Origin: a virus
Taxonomy: Duplodnaviria > Caudoviricetes
Reading direction: 5' to 3' (one strand)
IMG/VR virus record: IMGVR_UViG_3300049180_000045
Coordinates: 1 to 51,112 of that record
DNA length: 51,112 nt
The notes below the pieces were generated by a model that made no database searches, was not told where the DNA came from, and worked only from the letters and a program-made list of their open reading frames with translations. The first letter of the stretch is position 1. Each line of letters begins with the position of its first letter. The position numbers and the translations under genes were made by a program. Shown here piece after piece: positions 9,231 through 17,616 of this stretch.

Positions 9231-9809
9231 TCAGATCGAATGTCCGGTCGCGTGACCGAGGCACCAGTCGCAGACAAACTTTTCGCAATGCTTACACTTA
9301 CGCAGTTTGTCGTCAGATTCGAGTTCGTCGCCGCAACCTAGACACGTTACTTCTTCGATCTCGACGTTCGGAAACGACCTCCTGAACAGATCCTCGCGAA
9401 CCATTCGACCAGTGGTTTTAACTCGTTCGTCAACCGACAGCGTTTTCGTGTACGCGAAATAAGCGTTCGCGTCAAAGGTTGGAGGAATCAGGAAGTCGAT
9501 CGGACGTTCGTCGGTGTGCATCCACGGGCGCGCGAGGTAGTAAACGAACCGGGCAGGCTTCCAGGGCTCGCCCGCGAGCGCGGCTCGACCCGAATCGGTC
9601 AGGATGTACGGGAAGTCGTGGGGCTTGTCCTCGCGCGTTCCGAGGGTCAACCCAAGCGCGTAGAGGCTCGACAACGTGTTCGTACTGAGCAGGAGTCCCG
9701 CGCCGTTCTTCGGGTGGTTGGTGAACCTGGTCGTGAGCCCGGTCGGACCAGCCGCTTCAATGACGAGAAGGGCGGTCTTCTGTTGACTGGAGAGTTTCGG
9801 GGTCTTCAT
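9231..9809 (-). CDS. Hypothetical protein: N-terminal wHTH-like, C-terminal Zn finger
   Basis: LTDSGRAAL wHTH end. CLGC...CKHC...CDWC..H. AGGA RBS. Confidence 0.7.
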   Translation of the reverse strand: MKTPKLSSQQKTALLVIEAAGPTGLTTRFTNHPKNGAGLLLSTNTLSSLYALGLTLGTREDKPHDFPYILTDSGRAALAGEPWKPARFVYYLARPWMHTDERPIDFLIPPTFDANAYFAYTKTLSVDERVKTTGRMVREDLFRRSFPNVEIEEVTCLGCGDELESDDKLRKCKHCEKFVCDWCLGHATGHSI

Positions 9810-9823
9810 GTGCGTTGTTCCTT

Positions 9824-10036
9824 TCAGGTGATGTTTCCGAGCCTCTTCGCCTCGGTGCGCTCGGCCGGGGTCGCGTTCTCCCAGGTGTTCCAGATCAGCA
9901 CATCCTGACGGAGTTCGTACTCGGCTTTGCTACACGCGCGCTCGCCGTCGAAGTGCTCGACGAACCCGAGCACAGTCCCGGCCGTGTCGTAGATAACGAA
10001 GGTGTTCAGGGTGGGGAGCTTGGTCAGGTTGGACAT
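9824..10036 (-). CDS. Hypothetical protein
   Basis: GGAAGG RBS and promoter at 10072-10100. Confidence 0.7.
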   Translation of the reverse strand: MSNLTKLPTLNTFVIYDTAGTVLGFVEHFDGERACSKAEYELRQDVLIWNTWENATPAERTEAKRLGNIT

Positions 10037-10071
10037 TGCGAGCGCCTTCCGTGTGCTGCGAGCGTGCGAAT

Positions 10072-10100
10072 GTTCTAGCCGAGTCCCGGGCGAGTGTCAA
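10072..10100 (-). promoter_or_regulatory. Conserved phage promoter (TTGACA-17-TAGAAC)
   Basis: TTGACActcgcccgggactcggcTAGAAC. The -35 contains the upstream stop. Confidence 0.7.
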
Positions 10101-10363
10101 CTCTTTCGTTTCGGGAGGAGAGCAACCGCGCCCTTCATGGTGCCAGACGTGGCCAGAACAGGAACTCGCGAACCCTCGGGGTGTGCATGCCACCAGACCG
10201 AGACCGCGCGACCGTTCGCGTCGATCGTCCACTCTTTGTAAACGTGGCCGATCAGGACGCCGTTCGTGTCCTCGACGCTGACGCACGAGCCGAATCGCCG
10301 AAACGAATCAGTCGAGGTGGGAAGCTGGAACTCAGATCGTGGCTTGTTCAGAAGAATTGGCAT
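10097..10363 (-). CDS. Hypothetical protein
   Basis: MPILLNKPRSEF... ATG lies 7 nt after TAGGGT. Confidence 0.7.
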   Translation of the reverse strand: MPILLNKPRSEFQLPTSTDSFRRFGSCVSVEDTNGVLIGHVYKEWTIDANGRAVSVWWHAHPEGSRVPVLATSGTMKGAVALLPKRKS

Positions 10364-10370
10364 GAACGAG

Positions 10371-10399
10371 ACCCTAGACTCAACCAGGGTGGGTGTCAA
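10371..10399 (-). promoter_or_regulatory. Leaderless promoter (TTGACA-17-TAGGGT-7-ATG)
   Basis: TTGACAcccaccctggttgagtcTAGGGTctcgttcATG. Confidence 0.75.
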
Positions 10400-10485
10400 G
10401 CGATATAAACGAGCCCGAAAACGCAAGACCCCCGCCCGATGAACTCGGACAGGGGTCGGGTCTCGAACTCGGTCAGGTGCGCCAC

Positions 10486-10755
10486 CTAGACGGCCGGATT
10501 GACGCGGTAGAGCTTCGGGAGAGGTCCGCGCTCGGGATCGTCGGGGCCGCGTTCCTTCTTCGGTTCCGCGAGCACGAACCCGAACTCGACCAGGTCTCGC
10601 AGGTAGTTGCGAACCGACGCGGTGCTCGATCCGGTGAACTGCTCGATCTGAGGAATGGTCGCGCACCCGCTGATGACCGCAACCAGGACTTGACCGCGCA
10701 ACTCGACCTTTTGGGTGTGCAGATAGTGGATATTCCGGATGTGGGTGTCGTTCAT
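10486..10755 (-). CDS. Winged helix-turn-helix transcriptional regulator
   Basis: ATIPQIEQFTGSSTASVRNYLRDLVEFGFV...GPLPKLYRV. Promoter TTGTCG-17-CATGAT-6-ATG. Confidence 0.8.
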   Translation of the reverse strand: MNDTHIRNIHYLHTQKVELRGQVLVAVISGCATIPQIEQFTGSSTASVRNYLRDLVEFGFVLAEPKKERGPDDPERGPLPKLYRVNPAV

Positions 10756-10781
10756 GCCGGCATCATGCCAGAGAGTCGAAT

Positions 10782-11099
10782 ACTCGACAAGTGGGTGTTA
10801 GCGGGTTTCGTGCGCCGGTTACAGCATAAGTGAGCAACCCGCTAACCTCTTGATTTCTCTATTCTTATTCTGATTATTGTTCTAGTTATTCTGTATAAAG
10901 GAGTTTAGAGAGGATCTATGTAGAGGGTAGTGATCTGGAGGTGGTATAGTGTAGGTGTGTTTAGTACAGTCTGATCAAGGTAGTGTGTAAAGGGGATCGC
11001 TCGAAACTGCTTTATACAGAATAACTAACACTTGTCGAGTTAATTCTCTAGTGATTCCGCGTGGTTACGAGGTTGCGCGGTTACAGAGTAAGTGAGCAA
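10782..11099. repeat. AT-rich non-coding region with nested inverted and direct repeats (candidate origin / packaging site)
   Basis: 18-bp perfect IR 10883-10900/11010-11027. 12-bp IR 10782-10793/11029-11040. 11-bp IR 10797-10807/10836-10846. 22-bp DR (2 mismatches) 10816-10837/11078-11099. Sits at the transcription divergence point. Confidence 0.75.
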
Positions 11100-11155
11100 G
11101 ATACTTTTCAACCCTGCTAGAAACTCTCTAAGCCTGCAACGGCTGTACTCTGCAC

Positions 11156-11184
11156 TTGACGGTCGCCCGGAACCCGGTTAGGTT
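11156..11184 (+). promoter_or_regulatory. Rightward promoter (TTGACG-17-TAGGTT)
   Basis: TTGACGgtcgcccggaacccggtTAGGTT, sharing the tcgcccgg spacer core. Confidence 0.7.
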
Positions 11185-11214
11185 GCCGCTCGAAGTCGAC
11201 GCACGGGAGACATA

Positions 11215-11610
11215 ATGTCGAACCGATTGGATGAACTGAACGCGGTAGCCTTGAAGGTGCTCGGACACTGGAAGCGGAACGAGTTCGACGAAGCGATCGA
11301 GATTCTTCAGGTCTCACATCCGCTCGTTACCGCGACCGTGTGCATGAATCTGAACGCTGATGGTCGCGGGAAGCTGATTCAGCGGATGGCCAGGATCGCG
11401 AAGAACGAGACCGAGTTCGAGTGGGTGGTCGGGATCAAGGTTGACGAGACGTGGGTCGCCGACGGGTTCAGTTTGTCCGACCCTGAGAAGGCACACGATC
11501 GCATCTATTCCGCGCTGTTACCGTATGCGCGACCTGACGAAATCGAGGTTCGCGTGATCGCAACTTCCGACGAGAAGCGCATTCGGAAGGTTCAGGGTTA
11601 TCGAGATTAG
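11215..11610 (+). CDS. Hypothetical protein
   Basis: GGAG RBS, promoter upstream. Contains VDETWVADGF. Confidence 0.75.
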   Translation: MSNRLDELNAVALKVLGHWKRNEFDEAIEILQVSHPLVTATVCMNLNADGRGKLIQRMARIAKNETEFEWVVGIKVDETWVADGFSLSDPEKAHDRIYSALLPYARPDEIEVRVIATSDEKRIRKVQGYRD

Positions 11611-11783
11611 AGGCGCGGCTCGCTTCGCGTCGCGTGGGTAGGCGCGCGTACGAGGACGGGAGCGCGACCAGGTTCAGCGGTGCCGAGCGGCTCGGGTCCT
11701 CATGGGGTCTCGGGCCGCTCGAACGTTCCAGGGCTCGTCAAGAGCGGTTGAACGAAATCCCTAACAGGTGCATAGTGCCGACC

Positions 11784-12233
11784 ATGACGGATACACAGAA
11801 CAGGACAAAGCGGGGGAACACCGACGCGGTCGAGCGCGCACTCTCGCACCTGGTCGAGCCGCAGCCGAAGCCGACCGCGAACGAGCACAGTCGCGAGGTC
11901 TGGCCTCTGGTGGTCGCGGACCTCCGAGCGGGTCACTACAAGATCGCCGGCTACAGGTTCGGAACCGTGCTCGGGGCCGACGCGCTCGCGGACCTGGGAG
12001 AAGCACGAAACCTGTTCGGTCGCTCGAAGCATGGGGTCGCACTGTCCACCGAGAACGGCCGGAACCCGCTCGTCGACGCGCTTCAAGAGTTGCTCGACGC
12101 GATCGTTTACACGCGACAGGCTTACGAAGAGACTAGCGGGCCGCTCAAGTCCGCCTGTTGGCACGTTCACCAGACCTCGATCCGCGCGTGTCTCGAACTG
12201 CTCGCGATCATGCACAACGCGGGGATCCTGTGA
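11784..12233 (+). CDS. Putative all-alpha (MazG/dUTPase-like) nucleotide pyrophosphohydrolase
   Basis: GRSKHG...NGRNPLVDALQELLDAIVY (ExxD helix). Start set by TTGAAC-17-CATAGT-7-ATG. Confidence 0.5.
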   Translation: MTDTQNRTKRGNTDAVERALSHLVEPQPKPTANEHSREVWPLVVADLRAGHYKIAGYRFGTVLGADALADLGEARNLFGRSKHGVALSTENGRNPLVDALQELLDAIVYTRQAYEETSGPLKSACWHVHQTSIRACLELLAIMHNAGIL

Positions 12234-12847
12234 CCCTTCGAATCCTACCCATTGCCAGACCTCATGATCCGGACCTGACCAGGATCGCCGACGCGGCCGA
12301 GCGCCTCGGAATGCCGTTCGTGTGTTTGGACGATCGCGTTATCCCCTTGGGTGTCAAGAGGGAAGCGACGCGAACCCAAGCTCGAGCATGGTCCGAGGAA
12401 CTTTGGAAGGCGGGCTTTGCGATCGACGGGTTCGACGAGAACGGGGTTCGGATCCGGCTTCCTGGCCTCGGTGTTCGTCTCTATCCGGTCGAGTCGCTTC
12501 GGGATGCGATCCGCGTGAACGAGGGTCTACACGGGCGCGCGGACACGTTTCGCGTTCTGCTCGTCGAAGCTGCAATTCGGCTGGATCTCGGTTCGAAGCG
12601 AGTCGAGTTCCGTTCCGAGTTCATGTGTCACCCACCGACCCGAACCTCGCGTTCGTGCTCGGGTTGTGGTTCTGATCATGTCGCCGGCCTCTGTCCTGAA
12701 CAGCCGCTCGAACACCTTCCGCAGTGTGTTCCCGAGGATGACCAGGATCGCGCGATCTACTGGCACCTGTCCGCGTTGTGCGTGAAGGGTTGCACGGTCG
12801 CGGCTCGGTGCCCGGACCGCTGCTCGTGCGAGAACGGGAGGGATTGA
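12230..12847 (+). CDS. Hypothetical protein with Cys/His-rich C-terminus
   Basis: GTGA overlap with upstream stop. CSGC..H....C and further Cys clusters. Confidence 0.6.
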   Translation: MTLRILPIARPHDPDLTRIADAAERLGMPFVCLDDRVIPLGVKREATRTQARAWSEELWKAGFAIDGFDENGVRIRLPGLGVRLYPVESLRDAIRVNEGLHGRADTFRVLLVEAAIRLDLGSKRVEFRSEFMCHPPTRTSRSCSGCGSDHVAGLCPEQPLEHLPQCVPEDDQDRAIYWHLSALCVKGCTVAARCPDRCSCENGRD

Positions 12848-12850
12848 GCC

Positions 12851-13438
12851 ATGCCGGAAGGGGGCGGTCGAGGTCGTTTCCAGAAAGGTGATTCTCGTAT
12901 CAATCGCGGGGGTCGACCGAAGAAGTTCCGAGCCATCCTCGAAGAACTGATCGGGGAGGGGGGCGAGGAAGCGTACCGCGAACTGAAAGCGATCGCGAAG
13001 GGCGAGGTCAGTTACACGAAGCTGGTTCGCGAGCCGGCCCCCCATGAAGACTCGGCGAGCGCGGCGCATATCCCGACGGTGGAAGTGTTCCCCGATTGGA
13101 AGGTCCGCGCGGACGTTTGGAAGTTCTTGATTGAGCAACTAAACGGGAAGGCGCAAAGTTCGCTCGAAGTATCCGGCTCGATTGATCACAACCACGAACA
13201 CACGATCAGCCCCGAGACGCTCGCCGGCATGTCCACCGAGCAGCTACTTCGAATCGAGCGCAACCTAGAAGCGATCGAGGCCGAGTTCGAGGTTGCCGAG
13301 AAGGGACTCGACCAGGTGCCCGCGCTTCCGGCCGTAACCGAACCCGTGTCAAGCGTGTTGACTCCCACCGTTCAACCGTCTACAGTCCCGAGCGAGGTCG
13401 CGCCCGCGCCTCGATTGAAATTCTTCAAGGGGACCTGA
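12851..13438 (+). CDS. terS: Terminase small subunit (putative)
   Basis: N-terminal GRFQKGDSRINRGGRPK and C-terminal LEVSGSIDH...MSTEQL motifs typical of phage TerS-like proteins. Upstream of TerL. Confidence 0.7.
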   Translation: MPEGGGRGRFQKGDSRINRGGRPKKFRAILEELIGEGGEEAYRELKAIAKGEVSYTKLVREPAPHEDSASAAHIPTVEVFPDWKVRADVWKFLIEQLNGKAQSSLEVSGSIDHNHEHTISPETLAGMSTEQLLRIERNLEAIEAEFEVAEKGLDQVPALPAVTEPVSSVLTPTVQPSTVPSEVAPAPRLKFFKGT

Positions 13439-13593
13439 TGACGAGTGAGAAGAAGTGCGAGACGTGCGACGGAACAGGGAAGGTAGGCTGCGACGAGTGC
13501 GGCGAATCCGGGTACGACAACTTCGATCAGGAGTGCGCGTACTGTGACGGCGAGGGTTCGTCACCTTGCTGCGACTGTGAAGAGGTGAAGTGA
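13438..13593 (+). CDS. 51-aa DnaJ-type zinc-finger miniprotein (not in ORF track)
   Basis: MTSEKKCETCDGTGKVGCDECGESG...CAYCDGEGSSPCCDC. Overlaps both neighbours' stop/start. Confidence 0.75.
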   Translation: MTSEKKCETCDGTGKVGCDECGESGYDNFDQECAYCDGEGSSPCCDCEEVK

Positions 13594-13976
13594 TGACGGA
13601 ACGAATGTCTGACATCGAGTTCGACGAGAAGCGCGCGGAAGTTCTGGCGGGATACGAACCCGATCGTTTCATCACCGAGGCCGAACGCGCACGCGAGAAC
13701 GAGCAACGTCTCGCGCGTCTGTTGAGTCACCTGCTCGGGTGCGATGACAGACCGGATGTCGGGACCGCGTTCGAGATCTGCGCGAACGCGAGCATCACCG
13801 AGGCCGACCTTCCCACCGACGAAACGACCCTCGATCTTTACAAGATGGCCGCGACCCTGATCACGAGAAACGGTTCGGGTCAAACCGAGTTGCCGCTCGA
13901 ACTCTCCCCGAGCGACGAAATCGAGAAACGTCAACGGCTGATCGAGCAGGGTCGACGGATCATTCGTGAAGCCTGA
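13590..13976 (+). CDS. Hypothetical protein
   Basis: Translationally coupled ORF with GAGG RBS. Confidence 0.7.
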   Translation: MMTERMSDIEFDEKRAEVLAGYEPDRFITEAERARENEQRLARLLSHLLGCDDRPDVGTAFEICANASITEADLPTDETTLDLYKMAATLITRNGSGQTELPLELSPSDEIEKRQRLIEQGRRIIREA

Positions 13977-14163
13977 ACAAGCAACCATGATCGCGACCGT
14001 CTCGGAACTTCTCGCCACCTGTCCACATTGCAAGGGGTCAGGTAGACACGCGCTAGTCGCTGACGTGTACTGTATTTCCTGCAATGGCGCAGGTAAGGTA
14101 ACCGCGAAGTTCGCGGCCGACTGGAAGCGTCTACTCGCGTCTATCTCGGCTACGTCATCCTAA
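13966..14163 (+). CDS. Small CxxCxGxG zinc-finger protein
   Basis: CPHCKGSG...CISCNGAG. Confidence 0.65.
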   Translation: MKPEQATMIATVSELLATCPHCKGSGRHALVADVYCISCNGAGKVTAKFAADWKRLLASISATSS

Positions 14164-14177
14164 GAGGAGAAACAGTT

Positions 14178-14369
14178 ATGAGTGAGGCGCAGATTCTGGC
14201 GATCGCGGGCACGACCGCGTCGGCGTGTTCTATGATCGGTGGTTGGCTCTCACTGAGGTTTCAGACCGCAGGCGCCTTTCTGATCGGCGTCGGTGGCGCT
14301 GTCATGCTCGCGGGCAACCTGACGGTCATTTATCGCGGTCTGTCTCGAAACGCGCGCCCGACCAGGTGA
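14178..14369 (+). CDS. Small two-TM membrane protein
   Basis: GAGGAG RBS, two hydrophobic segments. Confidence 0.7.
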   Translation: MSEAQILAIAGTTASACSMIGGWLSLRFQTAGAFLIGVGGAVMLAGNLTVIYRGLSRNARPTR

Positions 14370-14617
14370 GACCCGAGACACGCATCAGAAGGGCTCTAAA
14401 GGGCCGGGACTCGCTCAAGAATGCCGAGCGGGTCGCGGCCCTGTCCGCGCTCGACAAGCTGACTAGGGAGGCGCGGGAGAACGCGAGGGAGCTTCGTCGG
14501 CTTCAAGGTCTGCTCGCGGGTATCACCCGGAAGGGGCTCGCGGTAGAGCCCGGGAAACGGCTCGGTCATACCAGGTGGCCGAAGCGCAAGACGGGCACAG
14601 AACGCGAATCGAGGTGA
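14366..14617 (+). CDS. Small basic hypothetical protein
   Basis: GTGA overlap, fills the gap in the operon. Confidence 0.55.
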   Translation: MRPETRIRRALKGRDSLKNAERVAALSALDKLTREARENARELRRLQGLLAGITRKGLAVEPGKRLGHTRWPKRKTGTERESR

Positions 14618-14621
14618 AGTC

Positions 14622-14927
14622 GTGGCGGTGTACGTGGACGTGCTTACTGATTACGGAACGAACGGCAAGTCGGCACAGGTGCGCCGCGTCTTCAAAGACG
14701 GCTCGTGTCACATGTTCACCGACGGGCCGCTCGACGAGTTGCACGAGTTCGCGTCTCGGCTAGGGTTGCGCCGCGCGTGGTTACACGATGCGCGCGATCT
14801 GCCTCATTACGACCTGAACGCAACACGACGCGAAGCCGCTGTTCGAGCGGGCGCGATCGAGTGCGACAAGTACAAGACCGTCGAGGTGATGCGAGCGAAC
14901 CGGAAAGAGAGACTCGAACGTGAGTAA
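14622..14927 (+). CDS. DUF4031-like protein
   Basis: MAVYVD...CHMFTD..LDELHEFASRLGLRRAW...PHYDL...R..AV..GA matches the family pattern. Confidence 0.85.
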   Translation: MAVYVDVLTDYGTNGKSAQVRRVFKDGSCHMFTDGPLDELHEFASRLGLRRAWLHDARDLPHYDLNATRREAAVRAGAIECDKYKTVEVMRANRKERLERE

Positions 14928-15336
14928 CGCACTAATCGAGAAAGTTCGCTTCATTGCGCAGCCCACGGGTCGAACGTGTGGTCAAGCCTGCGTTGCTATG
15001 GTGACCGGACAAACCGTCGAGGACGTGTGTCACGGGATCGGTAATTACGGATCGACTCGATGGTTCGAGATATGCCTCGCGTTGCGCGCGGCCGGTATCG
15101 AAACGCACGTCGAGAACTTCCAGCCGATTGATTCCGTTGTCGGGTTCGTCTCACTCGCGATCGTTTCGATCCGATCGGAAGACGAACGTCGAGGCCACTT
15201 CGCGGTGTGGGTCGGGGACGCTTATCTGTGCCCTACTGCGGGACGACTAGAACCCGCGTTCGCGTGGGAACTCTGGTCAGCACACGGTTTTATCCCGCGC
15301 GACATCTTGCCGATCGAGGTGAAGTCGTGCTCTTGA
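14920..15336 (+). CDS. Papain-like cysteine peptidase (C39-like)
   Basis: Q.....CGQACVAM and GHFAV motifs. Confidence 0.75.
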   Translation: MSNALIEKVRFIAQPTGRTCGQACVAMVTGQTVEDVCHGIGNYGSTRWFEICLALRAAGIETHVENFQPIDSVVGFVSLAIVSIRSEDERRGHFAVWVGDAYLCPTAGRLEPAFAWELWSAHGFIPRDILPIEVKSCS

Positions 15337-15578
15337 AATCATTGTTCGCGCGATCCGAGGCACCGCCCGAGATCGTCGAGCCGGCCGCGCCCGCGATACC
15401 TGGTCCCGGTCGTGTCTGGATCGAGCGGCCCGACGCGGACCGGAGAAGTCGCCGACCTCGCCTCTGTGCGTTGATCGTCGAGATCACCGAGACGCGGGTT
15501 CGGTGGTCGAGCGATTCGGGGGTCGACGGCGACGATCCGCTCGACGTGTTCCTCGAAGAGTTCGAGCCGTTCGCCTAG
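15327..15578 (+). CDS. Hypothetical protein
   Basis: GAGGTG RBS. PGRVWIER...FLEEFEP. Confidence 0.55.
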   Translation: MLLKSLFARSEAPPEIVEPAAPAIPGPGRVWIERPDADRRSRRPRLCALIVEITETRVRWSSDSGVDGDDPLDVFLEEFEPFA

Positions 15579-15613
15579 ACCTTTAACAGTTCAGGTGACA
15601 ACCTCGCGGGTCT

Positions 15614-17224
15614 GTGAAGGTCCGCGATACAGACCCACGAGAAGCGCGCGAGGCGATCGAGGCGGAACTATGCCGTCGGTCATTCGTGCGCTTTGCGCGT
15701 CGTGCATGGCGCGAGATCGAGCCGAACCCGATCGTCTGGAACTGGCATATCGACGCGATCTGTCTTCACCTTCAAGCTGTTGCAGAAGGCAAGATCCGAA
15801 ACCTTCTAATTAACATCGGCCCCGGGTACGCGAAGTCGATTCTCGTCTCGGTTCTCTGGCCTGCGTGGCGATGGGCTCGACAGCCCTGGTGGCGCGTGCT
15901 GGGAGCTTCGCACGCGGAAAAACTTAGCATCCGCGACGCGACCAAAGCTCGAACCCTCATTCAAAGCGCGTGGTATCAGAAACACTTTACCATCGATCCG
16001 CGAGACCCATCGTGTCAGGAGCGCTGGCAACTTCAGGTTGATCAGAACGTTAAGACGTATTACGCGAACACCGCGCTCGGATTCCGTCAAGCTCTAAGCG
16101 TGACGGGAGGTGGAACAGGCTACCGAGGCGATACGCACATTTACGATGACCTTCTCGACGCAAGCGACGCGCGTTCGTCTAGCGCGAAGTTGACCGCTCG
16201 AAGGTGGCTGACGGAAACGATGACCTCTCGTTTCAACAAGCAAGCCACGGGCGAGAAGGTCGCGATCATGCAACGGCTCGCGGATGATGATCCGAGCGAC
16301 CTAATGCTCAGGTCTCGCGAGTACGTGCATTTGCGCATACCGAGTGAATACGAGACTCCTGATAAATGCCCGGTCAAGGAATGCGTCACCTGTCACCGAG
16401 ACGGCGGTCGAACCCCGGTCATTGATCCCGAGACCGGAGAGCGCTGGAAGGATCCACGAACCAAGGAGGGAGAACCTGCGTTCCCTGCCATGTTCGGAAA
16501 AGAAGTGCTTGAACGCGACAAGGATCCCCACTCTGGTATGGGTGCGATCGCTTACGCGGGCCAGCACCAGCAGCGACCCGTCCCCGAAATGGGAGGTCTG
16601 GTCAAACGGGAATGGTTGGGCAAGCGCTGGTTCTACCCGGGAAGCTCGAACGAGTCGGCCGGCCTGGAAGTCATCGGGCTAGAGCGTCGGCCCTACAACC
16701 CCAGGACGAGCAAGCCGAACCGCCGCTTCATCGTCACGGATGCCGCGTTTAAGAACCTGGAAGATAACGATAAGGTCGCGATCGGAGTGTTCGACCTGGT
16801 CGGCCCGGATCTCTACTTGATTGACTTCAAGTGGGATCACATGGGCCTGACCGATACCATTCAGGCGATTATCGATCTGCGCGCGAAGTGGAACGCGACC
16901 GCGTTCAAGGTCGGGAATACGCTGGTCGAGGATAAGGCGAACGGCTCGGCTGTCATCGAGGTTCTACGGAAGAAGATCCCGGGCATTCTGGAGATCGAGC
17001 CCCTCGGGTCGAAAGAGGCGCGCGTCGCGTCTGCGGCTGATTTCATGCACTCCGGGAACGTCTGGCTTCCCGAAGCGCATCACCTCATTTCCGACGCAAT
17101 CGAGGAAGCGACAAGTTTCCCGCTCGGCCGTCGAGACGACTGGATCGACATGGTCGCGTACGGTGTGCTTATCGCGTTCCTTGGTTCGGATCTCTCGACC
17201 TTGGAAGGTCTTGCTAAGTGGTGA
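15614..17224 (+). CDS. terL: Terminase large subunit
   Basis: NLLINIGPGYAKS (Walker A), IYDD (Walker B), IMQRL, QQRP, and nuclease motifs TDAA / EDKANG / DDWID. Confidence 0.95.
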   Translation: MKVRDTDPREAREAIEAELCRRSFVRFARRAWREIEPNPIVWNWHIDAICLHLQAVAEGKIRNLLINIGPGYAKSILVSVLWPAWRWARQPWWRVLGASHAEKLSIRDATKARTLIQSAWYQKHFTIDPRDPSCQERWQLQVDQNVKTYYANTALGFRQALSVTGGGTGYRGDTHIYDDLLDASDARSSSAKLTARRWLTETMTSRFNKQATGEKVAIMQRLADDDPSDLMLRSREYVHLRIPSEYETPDKCPVKECVTCHRDGGRTPVIDPETGERWKDPRTKEGEPAFPAMFGKEVLERDKDPHSGMGAIAYAGQHQQRPVPEMGGLVKREWLGKRWFYPGSSNESAGLEVIGLERRPYNPRTSKPNRRFIVTDAAFKNLEDNDKVAIGVFDLVGPDLYLIDFKWDHMGLTDTIQAIIDLRAKWNATAFKVGNTLVEDKANGSAVIEVLRKKIPGILEIEPLGSKEARVASAADFMHSGNVWLPEAHHLISDAIEEATSFPLGRRDDWIDMVAYGVLIAFLGSDLSTLEGLAKW

Positions 17225-17501
17225 GTAGATCGGGACACATTTCCCGAAGCAAACGCTCGGCACCGTATGACGAGTGATGGAAGAACACGGCCGACGAACC
17301 GAAAGCGTAGATCGACCGCCCACCTTCCGCGTTGACCGGATCGAGCCAGTAAACATGACGCTCGACCTCGTGTTCTTCGAGCCCAAGTCCGCGAGCGAGT
17401 GCGTTCAATTCATCCTCTGACCAGGTCGACGCGACGGGCTTCGTGTCCACCTTCACACCGAGCCAGTCAGCGATCGACGTTCCGAGAAGTTCAGCGGGCA
17501 T
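17214..17501 (-). CDS. Antisense-oriented accessory gene (moron) between terL and portal
   Basis: Own conserved promoter (17535-17563) and AAGGA RBS. Confidence 0.7.
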   Translation of the reverse strand: MPAELLGTSIADWLGVKVDTKPVASTWSEDELNALARGLGLEEHEVERHVYWLDPVNAEGGRSIYAFGSSAVFFHHSSYGAERLLREMCPDLLTT

Positions 17502-17534
17502 GACGTAATTCCTTCGACGACGAGTTCGCTCGGA

Positions 17535-17563
17535 AACCTAACCGCGTTCCGGTCGAGTGTCAA
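17535..17563 (-). promoter_or_regulatory. Conserved phage promoter (TTGACA-17-TAGGTT)
   Basis: TTGACActcgaccggaacgcggtTAGGTT. Confidence 0.75.
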
Positions 17564-17616
17564 GCAACCGTTTTCGGGTCTCGCGCACGCACCCGCGAGG
17601 GTGTAGGATTCTCGAC

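Noticed and set aside
10486-11215. Lysogeny switch (cI/cro) at the divergent promoters
   Set aside because: No integrase, partition system or peptidase-bearing repressor in the window. Lifestyle cannot be determined from what is visible.
15614-17224. Inteins or introns in terminase, polymerase, primase or helicase
   Set aside because: Protein lengths are normal, no splicing motifs or LAGLIDADG/HNH inserts were seen, and the insertions are only short Cys/His loops.
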